From assembly GCA_963702105.1 (NCBI GenBank), contig OY969712.1, forward strand, positions 4,617,971 through 4,681,970: a DNA stretch of 64,000 nt, written 5' to 3'. Of this stretch, positions 35,930-44,140 are shown in pieces. A program made the position numbers and the translations under genes. Numbering within the stretch: the first letter of the stretch is position 1; each line of letters opens with the position of its first letter. Source of the DNA: an uncultured Gammaproteobacteria bacterium (lineage in GTDB: Bacteria > Pseudomonadota > Gammaproteobacteria > Steroidobacterales > Rariloculaceae). The notes beneath the pieces were generated by a model. The model saw only the letters and a program-made list of their open reading frames with translations. It did no database searches and was not told where the DNA came from.

Positions 35930-36528
35930 CCCGCGGCGGGCATCCCTCGCTCGCGGACGGCATCGGGGCCGCCGTGTTCTTGAGCGCGACCGGGGCGGCG
36001 CTGCTTGCGGGGCTTCTGCTCTTCGCGAGTGCCGCGGCGGGTCTCCGGCTTACGGTTGCCGCGGTCGGCTTCGCGTACCTGCTCTACCTGCTTGCGCGAA
36101 GCGGCGAACGCACGGGCCGCTTGACGACCGTCGCGCTGTGGGCCATCGCGAGCATCGTGCTGTGGCTCATGGGCCCGGCGCTGCCGGCCTACGTCGCGGC
36201 CCACATCGCCGTGCTTTGGCTCGTTCGCGCGCTCTACTTCCACTCGAGTCTGCTCACCGCGATCGCCGATCTGGGCGTGGCTTTGCTCGGCGCCGTCTTC
36301 GCGGCCTGGGCGGCGCTGCGCTCGGGCAGCGCGTTGCTCGCGTTCTGGTGTTTCTTCCTCGTCCAAGCGTTCTCGGCCCTCATACCGCCGGCCCTCCGCA
36401 GCGCGGCGACGCGCGCCGAAGGCCCGGAACTGCACGGTGAGGACGGTACGCGGTACGACCCCACGACCTTCGAGCGCGCGCACCGCGCCGCGGAGGCTGC
36501 GCTGCGGCGCCTGGCCGTGCACCGCTGA
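35925..36528 (+). CDS. hypothetical 4-5 TM membrane protein downstream of the PspA-like gene
   Basis: Within ORF 35845..36528. GTG 35925 overlaps the PspA-frame stop (GTGA). Hydrophobic helices ..AAVFLSATGAALLAGLLLF.., ..VAAVGFAYLLYLL.., ..LWAIASIVLWLMG.., ..LLAFWCFFLVQAF... Confidence 0.5.
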
Positions 36529-36595
36529 CCTTGGTTTGGCCCTACGCAAAATCTACGCACGAACTTTACATTACCCACTGGAGGAGCTTCCGAAG

Positions 36596-37801
36596 ATGAC
36601 CGCAAAGACCGTTGGCCTCGTGCTTCTGGCCGCGACCGCCTCTGCCGTCGCGCTCTATCCGACCCAGCGCGGCCGCGCCGCGACCGGTTCCGTCCTCCCG
36701 CCGATTCCGGCCCAGCAGCAAACACGACCGGCCCATCATGCCAAGGTGGACGCCGTGTTCGTCCTCGACACGACGGGCAGCATGAGCGGACTCATCGAAG
36801 CGGCGAAGCAGAAGATTTGGTCCATCGCCTCGACGATGGCGCAGGCGCGGCCCGCGCCCGAGATTCGGATCGGCCTCGTAGCTTACCGCGACCGCGGCGA
36901 CGACTACGTGACACGCGTCGTCGATCTGAGCCCGGACCTCGATTCGATGTACGCACAGCTCATGTCTTTCACTGCCGGGGGCGGCGGCGACACGCCCGAG
37001 AGCGTAAACCGCGCGCTCGACGACGCCGTGAACCGCATTTCATGGAGCGCCGATTCCTCGAGCTACAAAGTCGTCTTCCTCGTCGGCGATGCGCCGCCGC
37101 ACATGGACTATCAGGACGATCGCAAGTATCCCGACTCGCTGCGCGAGGCGGCCGCGAAGGGCATCGTCGTGAACACGATTCAGTGCGGGGACATGGCGGC
37201 GACGATGGCACCCTGGCAGCAGATCGCCTCCCTCGGCGGCGGACGTTACTTCCGTGTCGAGCAGTCCGGCAGCGCGGTAGTCATCGGCACGCCCTACGAT
37301 GCGGAGCTCGCGGATCTTTCCGCGCAGCTCGACGCGACGCGCCTGTACTACGGGGCGCCCGCCGTGCGCCGCGCCCTCGAGTCGAAGGCCGAGGCGACGG
37401 CCGCACTGCGAGCCGCCGCGACGACGGCCGCGCAGGCGCGCCGCGGCGTCTTCAACTCCTCCGCGGCCGGCAGCGCCAACCTCACGGCCGGTCACGACCT
37501 CGTGGCCAACGTCGCGAGCGGACGCGCAGACATTGCCGCCGTACCGCCGTCCGAGCTGCCGAAGGCGCTCGCCGCCCTGCCGGCCGACAAGCGGCGGCAG
37601 CACGTCGAAGAAGCGGCCGCGCGGCGCAAGGAGATTCAGCGGCAGATCGCGGAGCTCGGCAAGAAGCGGGACGCCTACATCGCGAAGAAGCTCGACGAGC
37701 GCGGCGGCGCGGCCGGCTCCCTGGATCAGAAGATCTACGAGGCCGTGAAAGATCAGGCGGCATCCAAAGGGCTCGTGTACTCCGGCGGGCCGAAGTTCTG
37801 A
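36596..37801 (+). CDS. secreted von Willebrand factor type A (VWA) domain protein
   Basis: ATG 36596 preceded by GGAGGAG. Signal peptide MTAKTVGLVLLAATASAVA. MIDAS-like VFVLDTTGSMSG..GGGDTPES..FLVGDAPPH. C-terminal Ala-rich coiled region. Confidence 0.75.
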   Translation: MTAKTVGLVLLAATASAVALYPTQRGRAATGSVLPPIPAQQQTRPAHHAKVDAVFVLDTTGSMSGLIEAAKQKIWSIASTMAQARPAPEIRIGLVAYRDRGDDYVTRVVDLSPDLDSMYAQLMSFTAGGGGDTPESVNRALDDAVNRISWSADSSSYKVVFLVGDAPPHMDYQDDRKYPDSLREAAAKGIVVNTIQCGDMAATMAPWQQIASLGGGRYFRVEQSGSAVVIGTPYDAELADLSAQLDATRLYYGAPAVRRALESKAEATAALRAAATTAAQARRGVFNSSAAGSANLTAGHDLVANVASGRADIAAVPPSELPKALAALPADKRRQHVEEAAARRKEIQRQIAELGKKRDAYIAKKLDERGGAAGSLDQKIYEAVKDQAASKGLVYSGGPKF

Positions 37802-37908
37802 AGCGGCGACGCGTCCGCGAGCGCGACGGTCGAAGCCGGCGGCCGTGTCATATATCATCGGGAGCGGCCAGAGTTTCGAGTAGCCGAACCTCGAGGAGAG
37901 AAGAAGAA

Positions 37909-38544
37909 ATGCACGCCCGATTGCCCGTTTTGCTGCTGCTGATGCTGCCGGGTCTCGCCCCCGCGCAGACCACGCTGCCGCCCGACATCGATCCCGTCAC
38001 GCTGTCCCGTCTACCGCCCGTCACACCTCAGGATCTCGACGAGGAAGGCCGGCGGCTCCTCGCCAAGCGCCCGAACTTCAAGCCCGCCCCCGGGCCCACG
38101 CACGTGACGATTTACAGCCCCGACGAGCGCAGCATCGGTATTCCGATGGGCAACGGCAGCTTTGTCGGCGCGCGCAATTTTCAGCTTGCGACGCTCATCG
38201 TCGCGCGCGAGATCGATCAGCAGTTCGAATGGACCTACCACGAACCCGCGGCGCGGCAGGTAGGCCTGGAGCAGAAGGTCATCGATGTCGTCAAGTACGA
38301 CAGGGACGTCGCGGGGCTCTCGCCCGCAGACGCCACCTTCATCCGGTTCGGCCGAGAGCTGCTGCGGAAGCACGGCGTCAGCAGCGAGCTTTGGGCGGAG
38401 ATGGTCAAGCAGTTCGGCAAGCAGGGCACTGTCACGCTCATGACTATCATGGGCGACTATCTGAAAGTAGGGATCATGCTGAATGCCGTGGATCAGCACC
38501 TGCCGGCCGGACGGGAACCGCTGCTGCCGAAACTCGAGAAGTAG
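37909..38544 (+). CDS. carboxymuconolactone decarboxylase (AhpD-like) family protein with signal peptide
   Basis: ATG 37909 preceded by GAGGAGAG. MHARLPVLLLLMLPGLAPAQT signal. ..ATLIVAREIDQQFEWTYHEPAARQVGL.. is CMD-like. Confidence 0.6.
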   Translation: MHARLPVLLLLMLPGLAPAQTTLPPDIDPVTLSRLPPVTPQDLDEEGRRLLAKRPNFKPAPGPTHVTIYSPDERSIGIPMGNGSFVGARNFQLATLIVAREIDQQFEWTYHEPAARQVGLEQKVIDVVKYDRDVAGLSPADATFIRFGRELLRKHGVSSELWAEMVKQFGKQGTVTLMTIMGDYLKVGIMLNAVDQHLPAGREPLLPKLEK

Positions 38545-38550
38545 CCTGCG

Positions 38551-38578
38551 CCGCCGGCTCGTTGCGCCGGCGGTTTCC
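38551..38578 (+). terminator. hairpin plus short T-run after the CMD gene
   Basis: CCGCCGGC-TCGTTGC-GCCGGCGG followed by TTTCC, 7 nt after TAG 38542..38544. Confidence 0.55.
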
Positions 38579-38612
38579 GCACCACGCGTCCCGTTCATAG
38601 CGCCGGTCGTCG

Positions 38613-38676
38613 GAATGTACGTACATTCTCCCGACCGGCACGCGGCGGTCTCCTCCGGGACGTAGTAGATCTACGT
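38613..38676. promoter_or_regulatory. two TACGTA-centred palindromes upstream of ccoN (candidate operator sites)
   Basis: Perfect 16-bp palindrome GAATGTACGTACATTC (38613..38628) and ACGTAG-TAGAT-CTACGT (38660..38676, containing the palindromic GTAGATCTAC). They lie 65-128 nt upstream of the ccoN ATG in an AT-richer patch. Confidence 0.35.
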
Positions 38677-38740
38677 ATCAACCTCCCGCGCCTCGATCCG
38701 GATACTTCCGCCGGGGACTCACCCTCGGGGAAGGCAAGCA

Positions 38741-40189
38741 ATGCAAGCACCGGCTCACTACGACGACACGGTAGTGCGTCGCTTTGCCATCATGACGCTC
38801 GTCTGGGGCATCGTCGGCATGGCCGTCGGCGCCCTCATCGCGGCGCAATTGATCTGGCCGGATCTCAACTTCGGGCAGCCCTGGCTCGGCTATGGACGGC
38901 TGCGGCCGCTGCACACCAACGCCGTCATCTTCGCGTTCGGCGGCTGCGCACTGTTTGCGACCTCCTATTACGTCGTCCAGCGCACCTCCCACGTGCGGCT
39001 GTTCGCACCGAGGCTCGCGCACTTCACGTTTTGGGGGTGGCAGGCCGTCATCGTGCTCGCGGCGATCACGCTGCCGCTCGGCATTACCCAGTCGAAGGAA
39101 TACGCCGAGCTCGAATGGCCCATCGACCTGCTCATTGCAGTGGTCTGGATCGCCTACGCCGTCGTGTTCTTCGGCACGCTGGCCAAGCGCCGCGTCAAGC
39201 ACATCTACGTCGCGAACTGGTTCTTCGCGGCCTACATCATCACGATCGCGCTGCTGCACATCGTCAACGGCCTCGCCGTGCCGGTCTCGCTCACGAAAAG
39301 CTACCCGATCTATTCGGGCACCGTGGACGCCATGGTGCAGTGGTGGTACGGCCACAACGCGGTGGGCTTTTTCCTCACGGCCGGCTTCCTCGGGATCATG
39401 TACTACTTCGTGCCCAAGCAGGCGGATCGGCCGATCTACTCCTACCGCCTCTCGATCGTGCACTTCTGGGCCCTGATCTCGATCTATATGTGGGCCGGCC
39501 CGCACCATCTGCACTATACGACGCTCCCCGACTGGGCGCAGTCGCTCGGCATGGTCTTCTCGCTCATGCTGCTCGCGCCGTCCTGGGGCGGCATGATCAA
39601 CGGCATCATGACCCTCTCGGGCGCCTGGCATAAGCTGAGGACCGATCCCATCCTCAAGTTCCTAATCGTCTCGCTGTCCTTCTACGGCATGTCGACGTTC
39701 GAGGGACCCATGATGTCGATCAAGACCGTGAATGCGCTTTCGCATTACACGGACTGGACGATCGGCCACGTGCACTCCGGCGCGCTCGGCTGGGTGGCCA
39801 TGATCTCGATCGGCGCGCTCTATCACCTGATCCCGCGCGTCTTCGGGCGCTCCGGCATGTACAGCACGCGCCTCATCGACACGCACTTCTGGATCATGAC
39901 GGTCGGCATCGTGCTCTACATCGTCGCGATGTGGATCTCGGGTCTCATGCAGGGCCTCATGTGGCGCGCCGTGAACGACGACGGCACCTTGACCTACAGC
40001 TTCGTCGAGAGCCTCAAGGCGACGTACCCGTTCTACGCGGTGCGACTCGCGGGGGGTCTGCTCGTGCTCTCGGGCATGTTCGTCATGGCCTACAACGTCT
40101 GGATGACGCTGACTCGCGGCACCGCGGTCGAGCCGCAGCCCATGCCGCTGCCACAGATCGAAATCGAACCCGAGGCCGAGCCCGCTTAG
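38741..40189 (+). CDS. ccoN: cbb3-type cytochrome c oxidase subunit I
   Basis: 482 aa, polytopic. Heme-copper oxidase signatures (..[20 protein letters not shown].., ..[12 protein letters not shown]..). Confidence 0.95.
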   Translation: MQAPAHYDDTVVRRFAIMTLVWGIVGMAVGALIAAQLIWPDLNFGQPWLGYGRLRPLHTNAVIFAFGGCALFATSYYVVQRTSHVRLFAPRLAHFTFWGWQAVIVLAAITLPLGITQSKEYAELEWPIDLLIAVVWIAYAVVFFGTLAKRRVKHIYVANWFFAAYIITIALLHIVNGLAVPVSLTKSYPIYSGTVDAMVQWWYGHNAVGFFLTAGFLGIMYYFVPKQADRPIYSYRLSIVHFWALISIYMWAGPHHLHYTTLPDWAQSLGMVFSLMLLAPSWGGMINGIMTLSGAWHKLRTDPILKFLIVSLSFYGMSTFEGPMMSIKTVNALSHYTDWTIGHVHSGALGWVAMISIGALYHLIPRVFGRSGMYSTRLIDTHFWIMTVGIVLYIVAMWISGLMQGLMWRAVNDDGTLTYSFVESLKATYPFYAVRLAGGLLVLSGMFVMAYNVWMTLTRGTAVEPQPMPLPQIEIEPEAEPA

Positions 40190-40199
40190 GAACGAAGAC

Positions 40200-40808
40200 A
40201 TGAAACACGAAGTCATCGAACGCACGGTCGGCCTCCTCGGCGTGCTCATCGCGGTGGTCGTCAGCCTCGGCGGCCTCGCCGAGATCGTCCCGCTCATGGC
40301 CTCGGCGCCGGCCACCGAGCCCGCCCCCGGCGTCGTGCCCTATCCGGCGCTGCAGCTCGCCGGCCGGGACATTTACGTACGCGAGGGCTGCTACAACTGC
40401 CACTCGCAGATGGTACGGCCCTTCCGGGCGGAAACCGAACGCTACGGCCACTACTCTTTGGCTGGGGAGTCCGTCTACGACCGGCCGTTCCAGTTCGGCT
40501 CGAAGCGCACGGGCCCCGATCTCGCGCGCGTCGGCGGCCGCTACTCGGACGAATGGCACCGCGCGCACCTTACGAACCCGCGCGACGTCGTGCCGGAGTC
40601 GAACATGCCTGCCTACGGCTGGCTCGCCAACCGGCTCGTGGACCCGGCGCTCACGACGCGCAAGCTCAAGGTACTGCGCTGGCTCGGCGATCCGTACACG
40701 GACGAGGACATCGCCAAGGCCGCCGACGCGGTCAAGGGGAAGACCGAGCTCGACGCGCTGATCGCCTACCTGCAGGGGCTCGGCAAGGCCGTCGGCCGCC
40801 GGAGGTAA
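40200..40808 (+). CDS. ccoO: cbb3-type cytochrome c oxidase subunit II (monoheme)
   Basis: 202 aa; CYNCHS heme-c site. 10 nt after ccoN. Confidence 0.95.
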   Translation: MKHEVIERTVGLLGVLIAVVVSLGGLAEIVPLMASAPATEPAPGVVPYPALQLAGRDIYVREGCYNCHSQMVRPFRAETERYGHYSLAGESVYDRPFQFGSKRTGPDLARVGGRYSDEWHRAHLTNPRDVVPESNMPAYGWLANRLVDPALTTRKLKVLRWLGDPYTDEDIAKAADAVKGKTELDALIAYLQGLGKAVGRRR

Positions 40809-40812
40809 CGAG

Positions 40813-40998
40813 ATGGACATCAATTCGTTTCGCGGCCTCGTCACGGCCGTGCTGCTCGTGCTGTTCGTCGCGCTCATGATCTGGGTGTTCGCTGGCCGCA
40901 GCCGGGGCGCCTTCGACGAGGCCGCTCGGCTGCCGTTCGACGACGAGGAAGACGGGCCCGGCCGCTCGACGACCGGCCGCCGTCCGGGAGAGAAGTGA
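40813..40998 (+). CDS. ccoQ: cbb3-type oxidase small subunit CcoQ
   Basis: 61 aa with a single TM (LVTAVLLVLFVALMIWVF). Canonical position between ccoO and ccoP. Confidence 0.8.
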   Translation: MDINSFRGLVTAVLLVLFVALMIWVFAGRSRGAFDEAARLPFDDEEDGPGRSTTGRRPGEK

Positions 40999-40999
40999 G

Positions 41000-41881
41000 A
41001 TGTCCCTCGGTTGGAGTCTTTTCATCCTCGCGCTCGTCGTCCTCAATGTCGGCGGTTGTGCCTGGCTCATCCGCTGGTCCAGCAAGCTTTCGGCCGGCGA
41101 AGGCGAGACGACGGGCCACGTCTGGGACCACGACCTCGAGGAAGGCAACAACCCTCTGCCGCGCTGGTGGCTCGGGCTGTTCTGGATCACGATCGCGTTC
41201 GCCATCGGCTATCTCGTCTTTTTTCCGAGCACCGGGCGTTTGCAGGGCCTGCTCGGCTGGAGCGAGACGGGCCAATACGAGCGCGAGATGAAGCAGGCCG
41301 AAGAGACTTACGGCAAGATCTTCGCGGCGTTCGCGAAGACGCCGATCGAGCAGCTCGCGAAGGACGCGCCGGCGCTTGCCGCCGGACGCAATCTGTTCGT
41401 CAACAACTGCGCGGCCTGCCACGGCTCCGACGCGCGGGGCGCGCGCGGCTTCCCGAACCTCACGGACCCGGAATGGCTCTACGGCGGAACGCCGCAGGCG
41501 ATCCAGACGACGATCTTGAACGGCCGCATCGGCGTCATGCCGTCTTTCGGCGCAACGCTCGACCAGGACACGCGCGAGCTGCTGGCCGACTACGTCACGC
41601 ATCTCGCGGGCCGCGAAGTGCCGGCCGCGCGCGTCGCGGCCGGCGCTCCGAAGTTCTTGACCTTCTGCGCCGCGTGCCATGGCCCCACCGGGCAGGGCAA
41701 CCAGGTGCTCGGCGCGCCGGCGCTCGCGAACGAGTACTGGCTGCACGGCTCGAGCCGCAGCGTGATCCTCGACGTGATCACGAAGGGCCGCACGAACCGG
41801 ATGCCGGCGCAGGGTCCTTGGCTCGGCGAGGACCGCGTCCACGTGCTCGCGGCCTACGTTTACAGCCTTTCGCACAAATAG
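41000..41881 (+). CDS. ccoP: cbb3-type cytochrome c oxidase subunit III (diheme)
   Basis: 293 aa. N-terminal TM and two CAACHG heme-c motifs. Confidence 0.95.
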   Translation: MSLGWSLFILALVVLNVGGCAWLIRWSSKLSAGEGETTGHVWDHDLEEGNNPLPRWWLGLFWITIAFAIGYLVFFPSTGRLQGLLGWSETGQYEREMKQAEETYGKIFAAFAKTPIEQLAKDAPALAAGRNLFVNNCAACHGSDARGARGFPNLTDPEWLYGGTPQAIQTTILNGRIGVMPSFGATLDQDTRELLADYVTHLAGREVPAARVAAGAPKFLTFCAACHGPTGQGNQVLGAPALANEYWLHGSSRSVILDVITKGRTNRMPAQGPWLGEDRVHVLAAYVYSLSHK

Positions 41882-41893
41882 GAGCGGCGAGCC

Positions 41894-42184
41894 GTGGCGA
41901 GCGAGTGGCCCGAATCGCGCGAAGTGCGCAACCTCGATCGCCGGCGCCGCGACATCGCGGTGATCGGCTGGTGCTCGTTTCTCGCGGCGGCGATCGGCTC
42001 GGTCGCCATGTTCGCCTGGCTCGATCCGGCCGCGGTCTTGAGCGTTGCCGAACCGCCGCTCGAGGTCGCGCGCCCGACGGGCTATGCGATCGGCTTCTTC
42101 TTTCTCTGGGCCGTCGCAGCCTCCGCCGCCGCGCTGACCGTATTTCTGATTCGCACGCGGCGCGGCCACCCGGCCGTCGATTGA
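41894..42184 (+). CDS. small two-TM hypothetical membrane protein inside the cco cluster
   Basis: 96 aa with an alternative (GTG) start. Two hydrophobic helices (IAVIGWCSFLAAAIGSVAMFAWL; YAIGFFFLWAVAASAAALTVFLI). No family recognised. Confidence 0.45.
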   Translation: MASEWPESREVRNLDRRRRDIAVIGWCSFLAAAIGSVAMFAWLDPAAVLSVAEPPLEVARPTGYAIGFFFLWAVAASAAALTVFLIRTRRGHPAVD

Positions 42185-42212
42185 AAGCTACGGCTCCGAA
42201 GGCTTTTCGAAC

Positions 42213-43583
42213 ATGAGCTCCTCCGCCCCTCAGTCCCTCTACGCAGGCCGCGAGAAGATCTATCCGCGCGAGATGGACGGCCGCTTCGCGCGGGCGCGCA
42301 AAGCGGCCATGGTTCTGCTCCTCGGCGCCTTCTACGGTACGGCCTGGCTCAGCTGGAACGGCCGCCAGGCGCTGCTGTTCGACCTGCCCGCCCGCAAGTT
42401 CTACGTCTTCGGCCTCACGCTGTGGCCGCAGGACTTCTTCTTCCTCGCGTGGCTCATGATCATCGCCGCACTGTCGCTGTTCTTCGTCACGGCGCTTGCC
42501 GGGCGGCTCTGGTGCGGCTACGCCTGCCCGCAGACCGTCTGGACGGAGATCTTCCTGCTGATGGAACGGCTCGCGGAAGGTCCGGGACCTGCGCGGCGTA
42601 AGCTCGACGCACGCCCATGGAGCGCGGAGAAGGCGCTGCGCAAGTCGGCCAAGCAGGCGCTGTGGATAGGGTTCTCGCTCTGGACCGGCTTCACGTTCGT
42701 CGGCTACTTCACGCCCATTCGAGCGCTCGCCGCCGAGGTCGAGACGCTTTCGCTCGGCGGCTGGGAGACGTTCTGGATCCTGTTCTACGGCTTTGCGACC
42801 TACGGCAATGCCGGCTTCATGCGCGAGCAGGTTTGCCGCTACATGTGCCCCTACGCGCGCTTCCAGAGCGCGATGTTCGATCGCGACACGCTGATCATTT
42901 CCTACGACGCCGCGCGCGGCGAGCCGCGCGGCTCGCGCCCGCGCGGGAGCGCATCGGGCGCCGCGGGTCTCGGCGACTGCGTGAACTGCCGCATCTGCGT
43001 GCAGGTGTGCCCCACGGGCATCGACATCCGCGAGGGACTGCAATACGAGTGCATCGCCTGTGCGGCCTGCGTCGACGCCTGCGACGGCGTCATGGACAAG
43101 ATGGGCTATGCGCCCGGCCTGATTCGCTACTCGACACAGCAGGCGATAGAGGGCAAGCGCACGCGCGTTCTGCGGCCGCGAGTGCTGATCTACGGCGCGC
43201 TGCTGAGCGTGCTCGTCGCGGGCTTCTTCGCGGCACTGTGGCTGCGCGAGCCGATCGGGCTCGACGTGATCCGGGATCGCAATGCGCTCTACCGTGAGCC
43301 CCGCCCGGGTTACATCGAGAACGTCTACACATTGAAGGTGCTCAACAAGGACGCCGCGCCGCACAGCTACGCCGTGGCCGTGAAAGGCCTGCCGGACCTC
43401 GAGGTCGAGACCGAGCCCGCCGAGATCCGCGTCGCCGGCGGCGGGATCCTCAGCGTCGCAGCGCGCGTGCGCATCGAGGACGGCGCCGCGCCCCGCGGCG
43501 GGCACGACATCGTCTTCGAGCTCAGGGCCCGCGACGCTCCGAAGCTCGCGACGCACGAGGAAGCGAGGTTCTTCACGCCATGA
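42213..43583 (+). CDS. ccoG: cytochrome c oxidase accessory protein CcoG/FixG (4Fe-4S ferredoxin membrane protein)
   Basis: 456 aa. CVNCRICVQVCP and CIACAACVDAC clusters, plus TM helices. Confidence 0.9.
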   Translation: MSSSAPQSLYAGREKIYPREMDGRFARARKAAMVLLLGAFYGTAWLSWNGRQALLFDLPARKFYVFGLTLWPQDFFFLAWLMIIAALSLFFVTALAGRLWCGYACPQTVWTEIFLLMERLAEGPGPARRKLDARPWSAEKALRKSAKQALWIGFSLWTGFTFVGYFTPIRALAAEVETLSLGGWETFWILFYGFATYGNAGFMREQVCRYMCPYARFQSAMFDRDTLIISYDAARGEPRGSRPRGSASGAAGLGDCVNCRICVQVCPTGIDIREGLQYECIACAACVDACDGVMDKMGYAPGLIRYSTQQAIEGKRTRVLRPRVLIYGALLSVLVAGFFAALWLREPIGLDVIRDRNALYREPRPGYIENVYTLKVLNKDAAPHSYAVAVKGLPDLEVETEPAEIRVAGGGILSVAARVRIEDGAAPRGGHDIVFELRARDAPKLATHEEARFFTP

Positions 43584-44140
43584 ACGCCTCCACGCGCCAG
43601 GCTCCCTCGCCGTGGTACCGCCACGCCTGGCCCTGGCTGCTCATGTTGCCGCCGGCCGCCTCGGTCGTCGTCGGCACCGTGCTCGCGTATTTCGCGCTGC
43701 ACGTGCCGCTCCCGCTCAGCGTGGCCGACTACGCCGACATCGAGGCGACGACGGCCCGCGAATTCTCCGCCGACGCGGCGGCCACGGCGCTCGGGCTCGG
43801 CGCGCGCGTCGTGCTGAGGGCCGGAATCGACGGCGCGGCCCGCATCGACGTCGAGATCACGAGCCGCGCCGACATGCCGCTCGCCGACGATCCGCGCCTC
43901 GACGATCTCGTGCTCTCGTTCGAGCATCCCGCCGACCCTGCACGCGACCGGCGCGTGCCGCTGCATCGCGACGGCCTGCACTATACGGGCCGTGTCGAGC
44001 TCGCCGCCGCGGCTTACTCCCTCGAGCTCGCGCCCGAAGCTCGGGCATGGCGTCTGGCCGGCGCGCTCGACTGGCGGCCGTCGGAGCGCGATCGCGAAAC
44101 CGAGCTCACGAGCCAGAGGCCCGGAGCCGGCACGCCGTGA
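43580..44140 (+). CDS. ccoH: FixH/CcoH family protein
   Basis: 186 aa. The start overlaps the ccoG stop (ATGA). ..PWYRHAWPWLLMLPPAASVVVG.. N-terminal TM is typical of FixH. Confidence 0.8.
   Translation: MNASTRQAPSPWYRHAWPWLLMLPPAASVVVGTVLAYFALHVPLPLSVADYADIEATTAREFSADAAATALGLGARVVLRAGIDGAARIDVEITSRADMPLADDPRLDDLVLSFEHPADPARDRRVPLHRDGLHYTGRVELAAAAYSLELAPEARAWRLAGALDWRPSERDRETELTSQRPGAGTP

Noticed and set aside
36437-36595. Earlier start for the VWA gene (track ORF begins at 36437). Likewise 36817 for the CMD gene and 55416 for petA.
   Set aside because: The upstream parts overlap neighbouring genes or are low complexity. Internal ATGs with strong GGAGG-type Shine-Dalgarno sequences and signal peptides give the expected domain boundaries.
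38600-38740. Canonical FNR/Anr/FixK box (TTGAT-N4-ATCAA) upstream of ccoN.
   Set aside because: Only an ATCAA half-site (~38677..38681) is present, and the left half does not match.
43612-44136. Upstream extension of the ccoI ORF (the track starts it at 43612).
   Set aside because: It overlaps the FixH/CcoH gene in another frame. Homology to P-type ATPases begins only at GTG 44137 (VTRCFHCGEPV), which overlaps the ccoH stop.
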